In this document: positions 1 to 9,656 of the stretch, one piece after another
How the letters are laid out: each line of letters starts with the position of its first letter
Position numbering within the stretch: position 1 is the first letter of the stretch
Source: Escherichia coli
GTDB taxonomy: Bacteria; Pseudomonadota; Gammaproteobacteria; Enterobacterales; Enterobacteriaceae
NCBI RefSeq assembly: GCF_044647545.1
Contig: NZ_CP172818.1
DNA: 64,000 nt
Strand: one strand, 5' to 3'
Notes under the pieces: model-generated
Told to the model about the DNA's origin: nothing
Seen by the model: the letters and a program-made list of their open reading frames with translations, nothing else
The model's database searches: none
Translations under genes and position numbers: made by a program

Positions 1-241
1 TAAGCCTTGCGAGCAGTTTTTCCGACGCCGTTCCTGCCTGCGCGATACCGGTCAGATCGCCTTTCACATCAGCCATAAACACCGGCACGCCGATTTCCGA
101 CAATGACTCTGCCAGTTTTTGCAGCGTAACGGTTTTACCCGTCCCCGTTGCGCCGGTAATCAGCCCGTGACGGTTCGCCATTCCCGGCAGTAAAAACAGT
201 TCTGTGTCCGGCGTGCGGGCAATTAACAGGGGTTCGCTCAT
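1..241 (-). CDS. yjgR: P-loop ATPase YjgR (DUF853 family), 5' part only; the gene runs off the window start
   Basis: The reverse-complement ATG is at 239-241. Translation is [66 protein letters not shown], with Walker A GATGTGKT. Recognised from memory as YjgR. Confidence 0.85.
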   Translation of the reverse strand, partial: MSEPLLIARTPDTELFLLPGMANRHGLITGATGTGKTVTLQKLAESLSEIGVPVFMADVKGDLTGIAQAGTASEKLLARL

Positions 242-296
242 GAGATTTCCTCCAGTTTCCTGCCTGGGAAAGGGGCGCAGGCACCCGGCAAAGGGA

Positions 297-1316
297 TCAG
301 AAGTCGGCTTTCAGGACCACTCGGTAGCGCGCTTTACCATCGCGTACATGCTGAATGGCGTCGTTAATTTTCGACATCGGGAACAATTCGGTAGTCGGCG
401 CAACCTTGCTGCGGGCGGCAAAGCGCATCAGCTTACGCAACTCATAAGGCGTGCCGGTAGCAGAACCAGAGACGCTGCGGTCGCCCGCAATTAACGTAAA
501 GGCCGGAACAGACAGCGGCGTGAGAACCGCACCGACCGTATGGAAATTACCGCCGTACGTCAGCGCTTCAAAATAAGGCTGCCAGTCGAGGCTGACGTTG
601 ACGGTGTTGATAATGAGATCAAACTGCCCCGCCAGTGCTTTCAGTGCCTGCGGATCGCGGCTATTCACCACTTTATCGGCACCCATCGCCAGTACTTCCT
701 GCTCTTTCGCCGGATTCGAACTAAAGGCTGTCACCTCGCATCCCATTGCGTGCAGAAGTTTTATAGCGATATGCCCCAGCCCGCCAATACCAATTACCCC
801 AACGCGGCTGGTGGCAGTGATATGGTGCATTAACAGTGGTTTGAAGACCGTGATACCACCGCACAACAGCGGCCCGGCGGACTCGATATCAATATTTTCT
901 GGCAGTGGAATCACCCATTGCCAGTCCGCACGCAACTTCTCGGCAAAGCCACCGCGATTCATAATCGTCGGCACCGCACCTTGCTCACAGTTGATCTGAT
1001 TACCGCTAATACAGGCATCGCAATGCCCGCAGCTACGCGCCGTCCAGCCAATCCCGACACGCTGACCGACCTGCAAACCTTTATCCTGCGCGGCGCTCCC
1101 GAGCGCCACCACGCGACCAATCACCTCATGCCCGGCAACCAGCGGATATTGTGAAAATCCCCATTCGTTATCGATCATCGACAGATCGGAATGGCAGATC
1201 CCGCAGTAATCCACCTGCACTTCAACATCTTGTGGCTTCAGTTCACCGGGATCGTACTCATAAACTTCCAGTTCGCCGCCTGCTTCTTTTGCGGCATAGC
1301 TTTTTATCATCGACAT
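297..1316 (-). CDS. ahr: NADPH-dependent aldehyde reductase (Zn-dependent alcohol dehydrogenase family)
   Basis: The track ORF is 297..1358. I chose the start at MSMIKSY (339 aa). Zn-ligand motifs are CGICHSD and [10 protein letters not shown], and the Rossmann motif is GIGGLGH. Matches Ahr/YjgB as I remember it. Confidence 0.9.
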   Translation of the reverse strand: MSMIKSYAAKEAGGELEVYEYDPGELKPQDVEVQVDYCGICHSDLSMIDNEWGFSQYPLVAGHEVIGRVVALGSAAQDKGLQVGQRVGIGWTARSCGHCDACISGNQINCEQGAVPTIMNRGGFAEKLRADWQWVIPLPENIDIESAGPLLCGGITVFKPLLMHHITATSRVGVIGIGGLGHIAIKLLHAMGCEVTAFSSNPAKEQEVLAMGADKVVNSRDPQALKALAGQFDLIINTVNVSLDWQPYFEALTYGGNFHTVGAVLTPLSVPAFTLIAGDRSVSGSATGTPYELRKLMRFAARSKVAPTTELFPMSKINDAIQHVRDGKARYRVVLKADF

Positions 1317-1511
1317 TTTTTGGTCCTTCTCTGGTGTTGTCTGGGAAGTGTAGAGCATGGCAGGGCGGGGTGCCTGGAGTGTGACAAAGGTTACACATCG
1401 CTGTATGCAATGCTGAAAATTTCAGCACTTAGCGAGGTGCGAGCAAGCTGGCGCTTGCATGGTGGCGTGCGACAGGTATAATCCACAACGTTTTCCGCAT
1501 ACCTCTTCAGT

Positions 1512-1596
1512 GCCGAAGTGGCGAAATCGGTAGACGCAGTTGATTCAAAATCAACCGTAGAAATACGTGCCGGTTCGAGTCCGGCCTTCGGCACCA
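1512..1596 (+). tRNA. leuX: tRNA-Leu (anticodon CAA)
   Basis: An 85-nt sequence, gccgaagtggcgaaatcggtagacgcagttgattCAAaatcaaccgtagaaatacgtgccggttcgagtccggccttcggcacca. It has a long variable arm, the T-arm ggttcgagtcc and an encoded CCA end. Confidence 0.95.
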
Positions 1597-1610
1597 AAAG
1601 TATGTAAATA

Positions 1611-1633
1611 GACCTCAACTGAGGTCTTTTTTT
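1611..1633 (+). terminator. Rho-independent terminator after leuX
   Basis: Hairpin gacctca-ac-tgaggtc followed by a run of seven T. Confidence 0.65.
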
Positions 1634-1782
1634 ATGCCTGAAATCCAGTGTTTATCTATCTTTCCCGCTATATTAACTCTCTCAAGGTCAACCGATATCA
1701 ACGTACATCTACCAACATATGTTGGTACAGATGATGGTATTTCCGGTTCGATAATGCTTGTACCAACAGGGAGGGAATACGC

Positions 1783-2212
1783 ATGGCATTAACAGATATC
1801 AAAGTCAGAGCAGCCAAGCCAACGGATAAGCAATATAAGCTGACTGATGGTGGCGGTATGCATCTGCTTGTCCATCCAAATGGTTCTAAGTACTGGCGTT
1901 TGCAGTACCGTTATGAGGGAAAGCAAAAAATGCTGGCACTTGGGGTTTATCCTGAAATCACACTAGCGGATGCCAGAGTACGTCGTGACGAGGCGCGTAA
2001 GCTGCTTGCGAATGGCGTCGATCCGGGAGACAAAAAGAAAAATGATAAGGTTGAACAGAGTAAAGCACGAACCTTTAAAGAAGTCGCGATTGAGTGGCAT
2101 GGCACCAATAAAAAGTGGTCTGAAGATCACGCCCATCGTGTGCTAAAAAGTCTTGAAGATAATCTTTTTGCAGCGCTTGGTGAACGTAATATCGCTGAGT
2201 TAAAAACTCGAG
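1783..2212 (+). pseudogene. intB: P4-type tyrosine integrase, N-terminal ~143 codons only (KpLE2 integrase), cut off by the anomalous block
   Basis: Translation is MALTDIKVRAAKPTDKQYKLTDGGGMHLLVHPNGSKYWRLQYRYEGKQKMLALGVYPEITLADAR...NIAELKTR. This is a typical P4-integrase arm-binding and N-terminal SAM-like region placed directly 3' of a tRNA gene. The catalytic R..HxxR..Y domain is absent. The reading frame runs into poly-C at 2213. Confidence 0.8.
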
Positions 2213-2820
2213 CCCCCCCCCCCTCCAGTGTCTCCCCGTGTGGCCGGGACCCCCCCAAGACCCACAGCTGACCGGGGATGACGTCTCCCCGTTCCCGCCA
2301 GTCCCCCTTCCCTCACCGGCCCCCCCGACTCCCCCCCGCCCGCGAACCCACGCCTGCCGCGAAAACAGGATGAACCCCAAAAGCCGTGAAAGACGGCAAA
2401 AAGGACCCCCCCGCCCGGGGGGGGAGTAAGCGCACCGGCCCGGGCGCGGCGCCCCCCGCAACCGGCGGGGGCCGCCCAGCGCCCGGCGGACTCCCTACAC
2501 CACGACGCCCCGGCGCGGGGGCGCCCCGACGCGAACGGGTGCCGCGACGCCAAACGTCCGGCCCCGACCGCGACGAAAACCGCGACCGCCACGAAACGGC
2601 ACACACAGGCGAAACACAGCGGCCGACGCGGCGCGGACGGGAGGGCGGCCCCGCGGCCGCGGGCACGCACGGGGCACCCGCGCCAACGGAACAGACAGGC
2701 CCGCCCCGACCCCCCCGGGGGCGCGGCGCACCGGGCAGAAACCCCCCCCGGGGGCAACCGAACGCGGGCCGGATCGCAGCCGAACAACGCCCCCCCAACC
2801 CCCCCCCCCCCCGGGTGTTC
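2213..2820. other. Anomalous C/G-only low-complexity block 1 (C-rich on the + strand); not credible as coding sequence
   Basis: The composition switches abruptly after ...aaaactcgag. T is almost absent from about 2400 to 2810, and there is a C run at 2799-2812. All six frames give overlapping Pro/Gly/Arg/Ala ORFs. Normal sequence resumes at about 2821 (ctttaaccatccgc). Confidence 0.9.
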
Positions 2821-2822
2821 CT

Positions 2823-2986
2823 TTAACCATCCGCAATGGCCAACGGTTTACAGAGCATAATACGAATAGCCGTAGAGCCAGCCAGTTACGGTGGTCGCGA
2901 TGGTGTGTCCGCCAGAAAATCACCACGAATACCAGAATCGCGGCACTGACCAGAAAATGATAAACAGGAAACACGGGGAGGTTCAC
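2823..2986 (-). other. Possible 5' end of a small membrane-protein ORF whose 3' part is lost in block 1
   Basis: A GTG at 2984-2986 (reverse complement) is preceded by aggaga. Translation VNLPVFPVYHFLVSAAILVFVVIFWRTHHRDHRNWLALRLFVLCSVNRWPLRMVKG contains one clear TM helix. I do not recognise the family. Confidence 0.2.
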
Positions 2987-3488
2987 TTTGCTTTCTCCTG
3001 TAGTATTTTCTGTAGGTTCTGAACCGGTTCGAGCGGGGTTGTGAGGCTGATGGCAATCCCCGGGCTCTTCCTGCATGTTACACTGGTACTGCAACAGGGG
3101 GCCTTCGCTCCTATGACATTACTCAGTATTTTCACTACTACACCCCATCTGCCATCCATAACAACCGATTCACCCCCTCGGGAGGCGTTGTTGCCCGTCA
3201 CCCGGACAGGCATCGTTATGGACTTCTCTTGTTGCACGATCGATCAATTGTTATGCATGCTGACACCACTACCCCGGTGGGTATGACCGATGCCTTTCTC
3301 ACTCTCTTCCCGGTCATCGTCGGCCTTCCCCGTTATTGTGGCGTGTCGGCACCATCGACGGCATTTCGATGGCTGCTCAGTGTTCACTCACGTTACGGCC
3401 CGCATAACCCATTGACTTCCTGAAGAAGTCGTTTCAGGGAGAGATTCAGCCCTTTTGTTACCTCCTGGACCGCTTCCTGTCCTTCCAG

Positions 3489-3785
3489 TTGGAGCGAGAG
3501 TTAGTCGGGGCGGACTTTCACCGACGGAAAGATCGTGCATTTCAAGGCACACACAACAATATCTGCGAGCGTGCTATCCGTCCGGTCGTTATGGGACGAA
3601 AGGCCTGGTTGTTCGCTGGTTCACTGATGGCCGGGAACCGAGCGGCACAGATAATGAGCCTTCTGGAAACAGCAGTCTGGAGCCACATGCTTGGCTGACG
3701 GACGTCCTAACGCGTCTGCCCGGAGTGGCCGGAGGAGAGGTTGGCAGAGTTACTGCCTCTTGAGGGCTTTACCTTCTTTGGGTAA
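3489..3785 (+). pseudogene. IS66-family transposase, C-terminal remnant with at least two frameshifts
   Basis: The remnant is spread over three frames. Frame 1 reads ...NNICERAIRPVVMGRKAWLFAGSLMAGNRAAQIMSLLETA. Frame 2 reads ..EPHAWLTDVLTRLP. Frame 3 reads EWPEERLAELLPLEGFTFFG*. This is the conserved IS66 Tnp C-terminus (..ERAlRp.alGRKnWLFaGS..). The rest of the element is not present. Confidence 0.65.
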
Positions 3786-4081
3786 GTGATACCTGCCGTC
3801 AGGTGTTTGTGCACCGGGCCATAACCTGCAGTTGGGAATTGAACGCCTGACAACAGGAAATGAGCTAGAGCAGTAAACACGCGGGCTGACAATGGGTCAG
3901 AATATGAGTCTGCCCGGCGTTATTCTTGGGGTCAGTACTTCAGATCCAGCCTCCGGTACCAGACTAGCTAGCCCCTACGCAACCAAATAAATCAACCATC
4001 GTAAGAGTGCAATCGTTCATATACACTGCCGGTGATGGGCGGAAAAATGCGTTAATGTTGAGTTCCTCGAACCCTTACCAA

Positions 4082-4276
4082 TTAAGGGACATAGCCAGAT
4101 ACGCAACTGGCTGATGCAAGCAGTCTGATGTCTTTAGATTCGCTGGCCTGCGGGCATGACAATGTCAAACAGTCAAAGATTGTGGCGTTGACGGTCAGTC
4201 TCGGTGGTCGAAAAAGCTCAGTATTCTCGTTGGCAACCAGATAATTTAACAGTTGATGCTGAAACGAAATAGGCAT
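4082..4276 (-). CDS. Hypothetical 64-aa ORF abutting IS4; its ATG lies inside the IS4 target duplication
   Basis: Translation is MPISFQHQLLNYLVANENTELFRPPRLTVNATIFDCLTLSCPQASESKDIRLLASASCVSGYVP. I recognise no family. The longer track ORF 4082..4498 is read-through into IS4. Confidence 0.2.
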   Translation of the reverse strand: MPISFQHQLLNYLVANENTELFRPPRLTVNATIFDCLTLSCPQASESKDIRLLASASCVSGYVP

Positions 4277-4287
4277 CTTGGTTCTGT

Positions 4288-5712
4288 AATGCCAGTCAGT
4301 TAAGCAACTGACTGGCTCTTTTTCGGGGCTGTGGGGTATTTCCAGGGCCTCTCCTTTACCACTCTCGGGAAGGCCCTTTCCCTTCTTGTCGGTAATTTCA
4401 CAAGTTGTCCCATACTTGCAAGATCGCGCATCAGCTCCGGTATACGTCCCGGTGAAGCGCCCTGCAATGTCATCAGCATTCTCATCACCATTCCGCATGA
4501 TTCTGAGAAACTCAGTTGATTCGGCCAGTAACCTTTCAGATGTTCCGCCATTTTAATCATCTGATATCTCACCAGATTATAAGCCAGTAAGACACCCCGC
4601 AGCTCTTGCTCCACAAGCTCCGGTTTTTTACTTCTCAGCGTCAGCCTGCTCAGTTGCATCGTCTGTTTTATCTCCCTGTATCCCAGTTCGATTTCCCAGC
4701 GATGACTGTACAGATCCGCCATTTCTCCTCCGGGGAAGCGCATGGCGTCCGTCATCGACGTCAGCAGATGGCAGACTTTTCCTTTGCGCGTCACGGTCAG
4801 CAGGCGGGCTGTCACTTCATTTCCCAGTCCCGGCCACTTTTTTCGTGCCTGCGGGCTGGTTTTCAGCTTCACCAGATGATCGCCTTTACCCAGTTTTCTG
4901 ATCTCTTCATATTGCGCTCCCTTTCTGAGAGGTATCATCCAGTGGCGGTGTTCTCCCGCCAGGCTCCAGGCATTTAACAGTCCCAGTGAGTAATAACCTT
5001 TATCCATTAACGTCAGAGTGTTATCGCCGGTTTGTTCTATAAGTTGCTCAGCAAGCTCATTTTCGCTGTTCTTCATCGTGCCGAAGGCTGCAGCCGTCAG
5101 CAGATGGCTGGTCAGTTCCATCTGGCAGACCATTTTGACCTGCGGGTAGAGCGCCGGGTTCCCGGCATGTGTCTGGCGGGGGAAGGCTGCATCGTTCTCT
5201 GGTGTATCCGGTGTGCGCCAGAACACACCATCGATGGCCAGCAGGGTCAGGCCGCACCAGTGCGGATGCGGCGTGGCGTTATGACAGAGCTGCGCTGTTT
5301 TCGTGAACACGCGGCGGACAGCCTCACTTCCCAGGCGCTGGCGGGCCTGAATAACGGCACTGGGGGCAACGAAGGGGCGATTGCCCGGCAGCATGATGTC
5401 CAGGCGATTCACAATCTGGTGAAGAGGTTCTTTACGCTCAAGCGCCATGCCAACAATACACCAGACCATCATTTCGAGGGGAAGACGGCGCTTGCGTAGC
5501 GTTACAGTACCTGATTCGGCAAGGCAACGAGAGATGAGTTCGGGGTCGAGGTAATCCCCCAGAGAAGTCAGTGGGTTACGCAGAGAATCGTAACGGGATA
5601 CCAGATCAAGAGCCTGTCCAATGTGCATAAAAAAATCCGGAAACAAGTGAGCGTTTCCGGATTCTTACACAGCCACTGGATCGGTCAACTGATCCTTAAC
5701 TGATCGGCATTA
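4288..5712 (-). mobile_element. IS4, complete, with a 12-bp target-site duplication
   Basis: The terminal inverted repeats are taatgccagtcagttaag (4288-4305) and the reverse complement of 5695-5712, taatgccgatcagttaag (16/18 match). The direct repeat atcttggttctg is present at 4276-4287 and 5713-5724. Length is about 1425 bp. Confidence 0.95.
4300..5628 (-). CDS. insG: IS4 transposase (DDE)
   Basis: 442 aa starting at [20 protein letters not shown] and ending ...[13 protein letters not shown]. It lies wholly inside the IS4 inverted repeats. Confidence 0.92.
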   Translation of the reverse strand: MHIGQALDLVSRYDSLRNPLTSLGDYLDPELISRCLAESGTVTLRKRRLPLEMMVWCIVGMALERKEPLHQIVNRLDIMLPGNRPFVAPSAVIQARQRLGSEAVRRVFTKTAQLCHNATPHPHWCGLTLLAIDGVFWRTPDTPENDAAFPRQTHAGNPALYPQVKMVCQMELTSHLLTAAAFGTMKNSENELAEQLIEQTGDNTLTLMDKGYYSLGLLNAWSLAGEHRHWMIPLRKGAQYEEIRKLGKGDHLVKLKTSPQARKKWPGLGNEVTARLLTVTRKGKVCHLLTSMTDAMRFPGGEMADLYSHRWEIELGYREIKQTMQLSRLTLRSKKPELVEQELRGVLLAYNLVRYQMIKMAEHLKGYWPNQLSFSESCGMVMRMLMTLQGASPGRIPELMRDLASMGQLVKLPTRRERAFPRVVKERPWKYPTAPKKSQSVA

Positions 5713-5765
5713 ATCTTGGTTCTGGTGTTTGTAACAAACTATCAGCTACAAAAATATGCTCAATT

Positions 5766-5781
5766 TGTGACATCAGTAACA
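5766..5781 (+). promoter_or_regulatory. CRP-like site in the yjhBC promoter cassette
   Basis: The sequence is TGTGAcatcagTAACA, a TGTGA-N6-TCACA-like motif. It is conserved in position in the inverted nanC cassette (42176-42191). Confidence 0.4.
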
Positions 5782-5820
5782 AAACGCGTTTTGTTATGTG
5801 GATTGCTTGTTTTTTGATCT

Positions 5821-5843
5821 GGTATAACAGGTATAAAGGTATA
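5821..5843 (+). promoter_or_regulatory. NanR operator (three GGTATA repeats) upstream of yjhBC
   Basis: The sequence is GGTATAacaGGTATAaagGGTATA. This is the hexamer-repeat operator known for the NanR regulon (nanA, nanC, yjhB). Confidence 0.65.
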
Positions 5844-6254
5844 CAGAAAAGCAAAGAAATACTGCAAAGGAAAACAGCTATAACGTAAGCTAAAGTAATA
5901 ACCTCTCAGTCTTTCCTCATTTGACGAAGGGAGTTTTATTCAACCTGAACGGACTACGAAAATGAGCACAATGAATAAGTCAATTTTTGAAGCAGGGTTG
6001 AACTGTGCCAGTGGTGGAATATCTGGCGAACATTGTTTTTTGTTGGTGACCCAAAACTGTAGGTGGGTATCAGTTTTATCTTTCATAGAGTGAAATATGT
6101 TAAGAAGAAATGGAGGAAAAGATTGTACTGATTAGGTATTGATAACAATCAATAGTACTGGCGTATTTGAAGACAATATAATTATTTCTGGATATTGTTG
6201 AGGCTCCCTAATATTTACTTTAAGGGCTATATTAGAATAACACAGGAAACAAAT

Positions 6255-7472
6255 ATGGCAACAGCATGGTATAAACAAGTTAATCCACCACAACGGAAAG
6301 CTCTTTTTTCCGCATGGCTTGGATATGTATTTGATGGCTTTGATTTTATGATGATATTTTACATTCTTCATATTATAAAAGCAGATCTTGGCATTACGGA
6401 TATTCAGGCTACTTTAATAGGGACAGTGGCCTTCATAGCCAGACCTATTGGAGGTGGTTTTTTTGGTGCCATGGCTGATAAATATGGTCGTAAGCCAATG
6501 ATGATGTGGGCAATTTTCATTTACTCAGTCGGAACAGGCCTTAGCGGTATTGCTACAAACTTATATATGCTCGCAGTTTGCCGTTTTATTGTTGGCTTAG
6601 GGATGTCTGGTGAATATGCATGTGCTTCAACTTATGCGGTAGAAAGTTGGCCTAAAAATCTTCAATCTAAAGCTAGTGCTTTTTTGGTAAGTGGTTTTTC
6701 TGTTGGAAATATTATTGCGGCACAAATAATCCCTCAGTTTGCTGAAGTATATGGATGGAGAAACTCTTTTTTTATAGGCCTGTTACCAGTTTTACTAGTT
6801 CTTTGGATCAGAAAAAGTGCTCCAGAAAGTCAGGAGTGGATTGAAGATAAATATAAGGATAAATCAACATTTTTGTCTGTCTTCAGAAAACCACATCTTT
6901 CAATCTCTATGATCGTTTTCCTCGTCTGTTTTTGTCTATTTGGTGCAAACTGGCCGATAAACGGACTACTTCCTTCCTACCTGGCAGATAATGGAGTTAA
7001 TACAGTGGTCATTTCAACTCTGATGACAATAGCAGGTTTAGGAACACTGACAGGTACAATATTTTTTGGTTTTGTTGGTGATAAGATTGGTGTAAAAAAA
7101 GCCTTTGTAGTCGGTCTAATAACTTCATTTATTTTCCTTTGTCCTCTTTTTTTTATTTCTGTGAAAAACTCTTCTCTTATAGGATTATGTCTCTTTGGAT
7201 TAATGTTTACAAATTTAGGTATTGCAGGGTTGGTTCCAAAATTTATATATGATTACTTTCCAACAAAATTAAGAGGATTAGGGACCGGTCTTATTTATAA
7301 CTTAGGGGCAACTGGAGGAATGGCCGCACCTGTATTAGCTACATACATTTCAGGATATTATGGCTTAGGTGTTTCATTATTCATTGTTACGGTTGCATTC
7401 TCTGCCTTATTAATTTTGTTAGTTGGTTTTGATATTCCAGGTAAAATTTATAAACTATCCGTGGCTAAATGA
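6255..7472 (+). CDS. yjhB: MFS transporter (sialic-acid-related, NanT paralogue)
   Basis: 405 aa starting at MATAWYKQVNPPQRKALFSAWLGYVFDGFDF. It has 12 TM-type hydrophobic segments and the MFS motif GAMADKYGRKP. The track ORF begins upstream at 6195. Confidence 0.9.
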   Translation: MATAWYKQVNPPQRKALFSAWLGYVFDGFDFMMIFYILHIIKADLGITDIQATLIGTVAFIARPIGGGFFGAMADKYGRKPMMMWAIFIYSVGTGLSGIATNLYMLAVCRFIVGLGMSGEYACASTYAVESWPKNLQSKASAFLVSGFSVGNIIAAQIIPQFAEVYGWRNSFFIGLLPVLLVLWIRKSAPESQEWIEDKYKDKSTFLSVFRKPHLSISMIVFLVCFCLFGANWPINGLLPSYLADNGVNTVVISTLMTIAGLGTLTGTIFFGFVGDKIGVKKAFVVGLITSFIFLCPLFFISVKNSSLIGLCLFGLMFTNLGIAGLVPKFIYDYFPTKLRGLGTGLIYNLGATGGMAAPVLATYISGYYGLGVSLFIVTVAFSALLILLVGFDIPGKIYKLSVAK

Positions 7473-7483
7473 TTGGAGGCTTT

Positions 7484-8602
7484 ATGATTAATTATGGCGT
7501 TGTTGGTGTTGGATACTTTGGCGCTGAATTAGCTCGTTTTATGAATATGCATGATAATGCAAAAATTACATGTGTATACGATCCTGAAAATGGAGAAAAT
7601 ATTGCCCGTGAATTGCAGTGTATCAATATGTCAAGCTTGGATGCTTTAGTCTCAAGTAAATTAGTCGATTGCGTGATCGTAGCCACCCCAAATTATCTGC
7701 ATAAAGAACCAGTAATTAAAGCAGCAAAGAATAAGAAGCATGTTTTTTGTGAAAAACCAATTGCATTAAGTTATGAAGATTGTGTGGATATGGTCAAAGC
7801 GTGTAAAGAAGCTGGTGTGACCTTTATGGCCGGGCATATTATGAATTTTTTCAATGGGGTTCAATATGCACGGAAGTTAATTAAAGAAGGTGTTATCGGC
7901 GAAATATTATCATGTCATACTAAGAGAAATGGCTGGGAAAACAAACAAGAGAGACTTTCCTGGAAAAAGATGAAAGAACAATCTGGTGGACATCTATATC
8001 ATCATATACATGAGTTAGATTGTGTTCAGCATTTACTTGGAGAAATACCAGAGACGGTTACTATGATTGGTGGAAATTTGGCCCATTCTGGTCCAGGATT
8101 TGGCAATGAAGATGATATGTTATTTATGACCTTGGAATTCCCGTCAGGAAAACTAGCAACCTTAGAGTGGGGGAGTGCATTTAACTGGCCGGAACATTAT
8201 GTCATCATCAATGGAACTAAAGGCTCTATTAAAATTGATATGCAAGAAACAGCAGGGTCACTTAGGATTGGCGGTCAGACAAAGCATTTTTTGGTCCATG
8301 AAACACAAGAAGAAGATGATGATCGTCGGAAAGGCAATATGACCTCAGAAATGGATGGCGCTATAGCATATGGTCATCCAGGAAAAAAAACACCATTATG
8401 GCTTGCCAGTTTAATAAGAAAGGAGACGTTATTCCTCCATAATATCCTCTGTGGTGCAAAACCTGAAGAAGATTATATTGACCTTCTCAATGGTGAGGCG
8501 GCCATGTCGGCGATTGCTACTGCTGATGCTGCCACTCTTTCAAGATCGCAGGACAGGAAAGTGAAAATCAGTGAGATCATTAAACATACATCAGTAATGT
8601 AA
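7484..8602 (+). CDS. yjhC: Gfo/Idh/MocA-family NAD(P)-dependent oxidoreductase
   Basis: 372 aa starting at MINYGVVGVGYFGAELARF, which carries a Rossmann GxGxxG motif. The EKP motif is ..VFCEKPIA.. The start is 11 nt after the yjhB stop. Confidence 0.9.
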   Translation: MINYGVVGVGYFGAELARFMNMHDNAKITCVYDPENGENIARELQCINMSSLDALVSSKLVDCVIVATPNYLHKEPVIKAAKNKKHVFCEKPIALSYEDCVDMVKACKEAGVTFMAGHIMNFFNGVQYARKLIKEGVIGEILSCHTKRNGWENKQERLSWKKMKEQSGGHLYHHIHELDCVQHLLGEIPETVTMIGGNLAHSGPGFGNEDDMLFMTLEFPSGKLATLEWGSAFNWPEHYVIINGTKGSIKIDMQETAGSLRIGGQTKHFLVHETQEEDDDRRKGNMTSEMDGAIAYGHPGKKTPLWLASLIRKETLFLHNILCGAKPEEDYIDLLNGEAAMSAIATADAATLSRSQDRKVKISEIIKHTSVM

Positions 8603-8644
8603 AAACTATACGCCTCTTGATTTAATTCAGGAGGCCTTTTATGT

Positions 8645-8770
8645 ATGATCAAGAATTTTATCTTCGATAATCTCATAATTTTAGCAGTGCCATTTATGAT
8701 AAAAACATCCCTTAAAACCAATCTAATCTTTTTCTTCCTCTGTGTATTTGTTCCCCATATGGCGTCATAA
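8645..8770 (+). CDS. ythA: Small (41 aa) hydrophobic protein
   Basis: An ATG at 8645 opens MIKNFIFDNLIILAVPFMIKTSLKTNLIFFFLCVFVPHMAS*. It is below the ORF-track cutoff. It matches my memory of K-12 YthA. Confidence 0.4.
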   Translation: MIKNFIFDNLIILAVPFMIKTSLKTNLIFFFLCVFVPHMAS

Positions 8771-8822
8771 TTTACGCTACGTAATACGGGATAGTTACGA
8801 TACGCAGCGATAGCGCTAAGTT

Positions 8823-9053
8823 TTAGTTAAAATCCCCCATCAGCGGGATATGGGGATCTCTGGGAGGTTCAGGTTTTAGCATCGCGACTTTAATACGACA
8901 GACGCTGGTGACGATGATGCCAAGTAGTGACTCTTCCGAATAAGGTTCCCACTGACCAATTGGCGCGCGCTTCGCAATAAAATCTCCCTTCGCCCAGTAT
9001 TGGGAAAAGTAGATACATTCAAACTGTGTACGCTGTTTCGTCTCACAGTTCAC
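8823..9053 (-). pseudogene. yjhD: 76-codon fragment ORF (GTG start), probably the C-terminal remnant of a larger enzyme gene
   Basis: Translation is VNCETKQRTQFECIYFSQYWAKGDFIAKRAPIGQWEPYSEESLLGIIVTSVCRIKVAMLKPEPPRDPHIPLMGDFN. The upstream part of the track ORF (to 9218) is antisense to yjhE. Confidence 0.35.
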
Positions 9054-9057
9054 GACA

Positions 9058-9306
9058 TTGCTGGCCGATGAGCTGACCATTGGGCCTATCCGGGCTGTCC
9101 CGATGGATATTACGCCGAAGTATGTGGGAATTGCCAGCGGATTGATGAACGCCGGTTCCGCTGTCGCCGACATTATTTCACCTATCGCCTTTGGCATTAT
9201 TATCGACAAAACAGGCAACTGGAGTTTACCATTCTACGGTTCCGTCGCATTGCTTGTTATTGGTATATTCCTGACGTTCTTCATGCGTCCAGATAAGTCA
9301 TTGTAA
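9058..9306 (+). pseudogene. yjhE: MFS (anion:cation symporter-type) transporter, last ~2 TM segments only
   Basis: The 82-aa translation MLADELTIGPIRAVPMDITPKYVGIASGLMNAGSAVADIISPIAFGIIIDKTGNWSLPFYGSVALLVIGIFLTFFMRPDKSL looks like the C-terminus of GarP/GudP/ExuT-type transporters. No N-terminal part is present. Confidence 0.6.
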
Positions 9307-9321
9307 AAGTCGAATCAGGGC

Positions 9322-9656
9322 TGAAGTGGCACACTGAATTTGGCCACCTGAACAGAGGTGATATGCTCACCTCAGAACAACACAGGTGCTCCAATGAAAA
9401 AAAGAAATTTTAGCGCAGAGTTTAAACGCGAATCCACTCAACTAGTTGTTAACCAGAACTATACGGTGGCAGATACCGCCAAAGCTATGGATGTTGGCCT
9501 TTCCACAATGACAAGATAAGTCAAACAACTGCGTGATGAGCATCAGGGCAAAACACCAAAAGCCTCTCCGATAACACCAGAACAAATCGAAATACGTAAG
9601 CTGAGGAAAAAGCTACAACGCATTGAAATGGAGAATGAAATATTAAAAAAGGCTAC
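9322..9656 (+). mobile_element. IS911 left part (IRL plus 5' part of orfA), interrupted by IS30
   Basis: It starts with the IS911 left inverted repeat tgaagtggcacactgaatttggccacctgaac. It ends at the IS30 boundary. Confidence 0.85.
9394..9656 (+). pseudogene. insN: IS911 OrfA (IS3 family) with an in-frame TAA and a 3' truncation
   Basis: Translation is [87 protein letters not shown]. The stop falls where intact IS911 has Trp. Confidence 0.8.

Noticed and set aside
2207-2212. A CTCGAG (XhoI) site lies exactly at the block 1 junction, and another lies inside block 2 (42984-42989). This hints at an engineered cassette.
   Set aside because: No FRT, loxP, resistance-gene or vector sequence accompanies them. 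The first site appears to be part of the native integrase codons (..KTR..). A 6-mer seen twice in GC-rich sequence is not significant.
2075-3094. Six overlapping ORFs of 63-199 aa on both strands, rich in Pro/Gly/Arg/Ala, which might be taken for a novel low-complexity protein cluster.
   Set aside because: They are the trivial translation of C/G-only sequence in every frame. They overlap each other completely. They have no RBS or start context, and they end where normal composition resumes.
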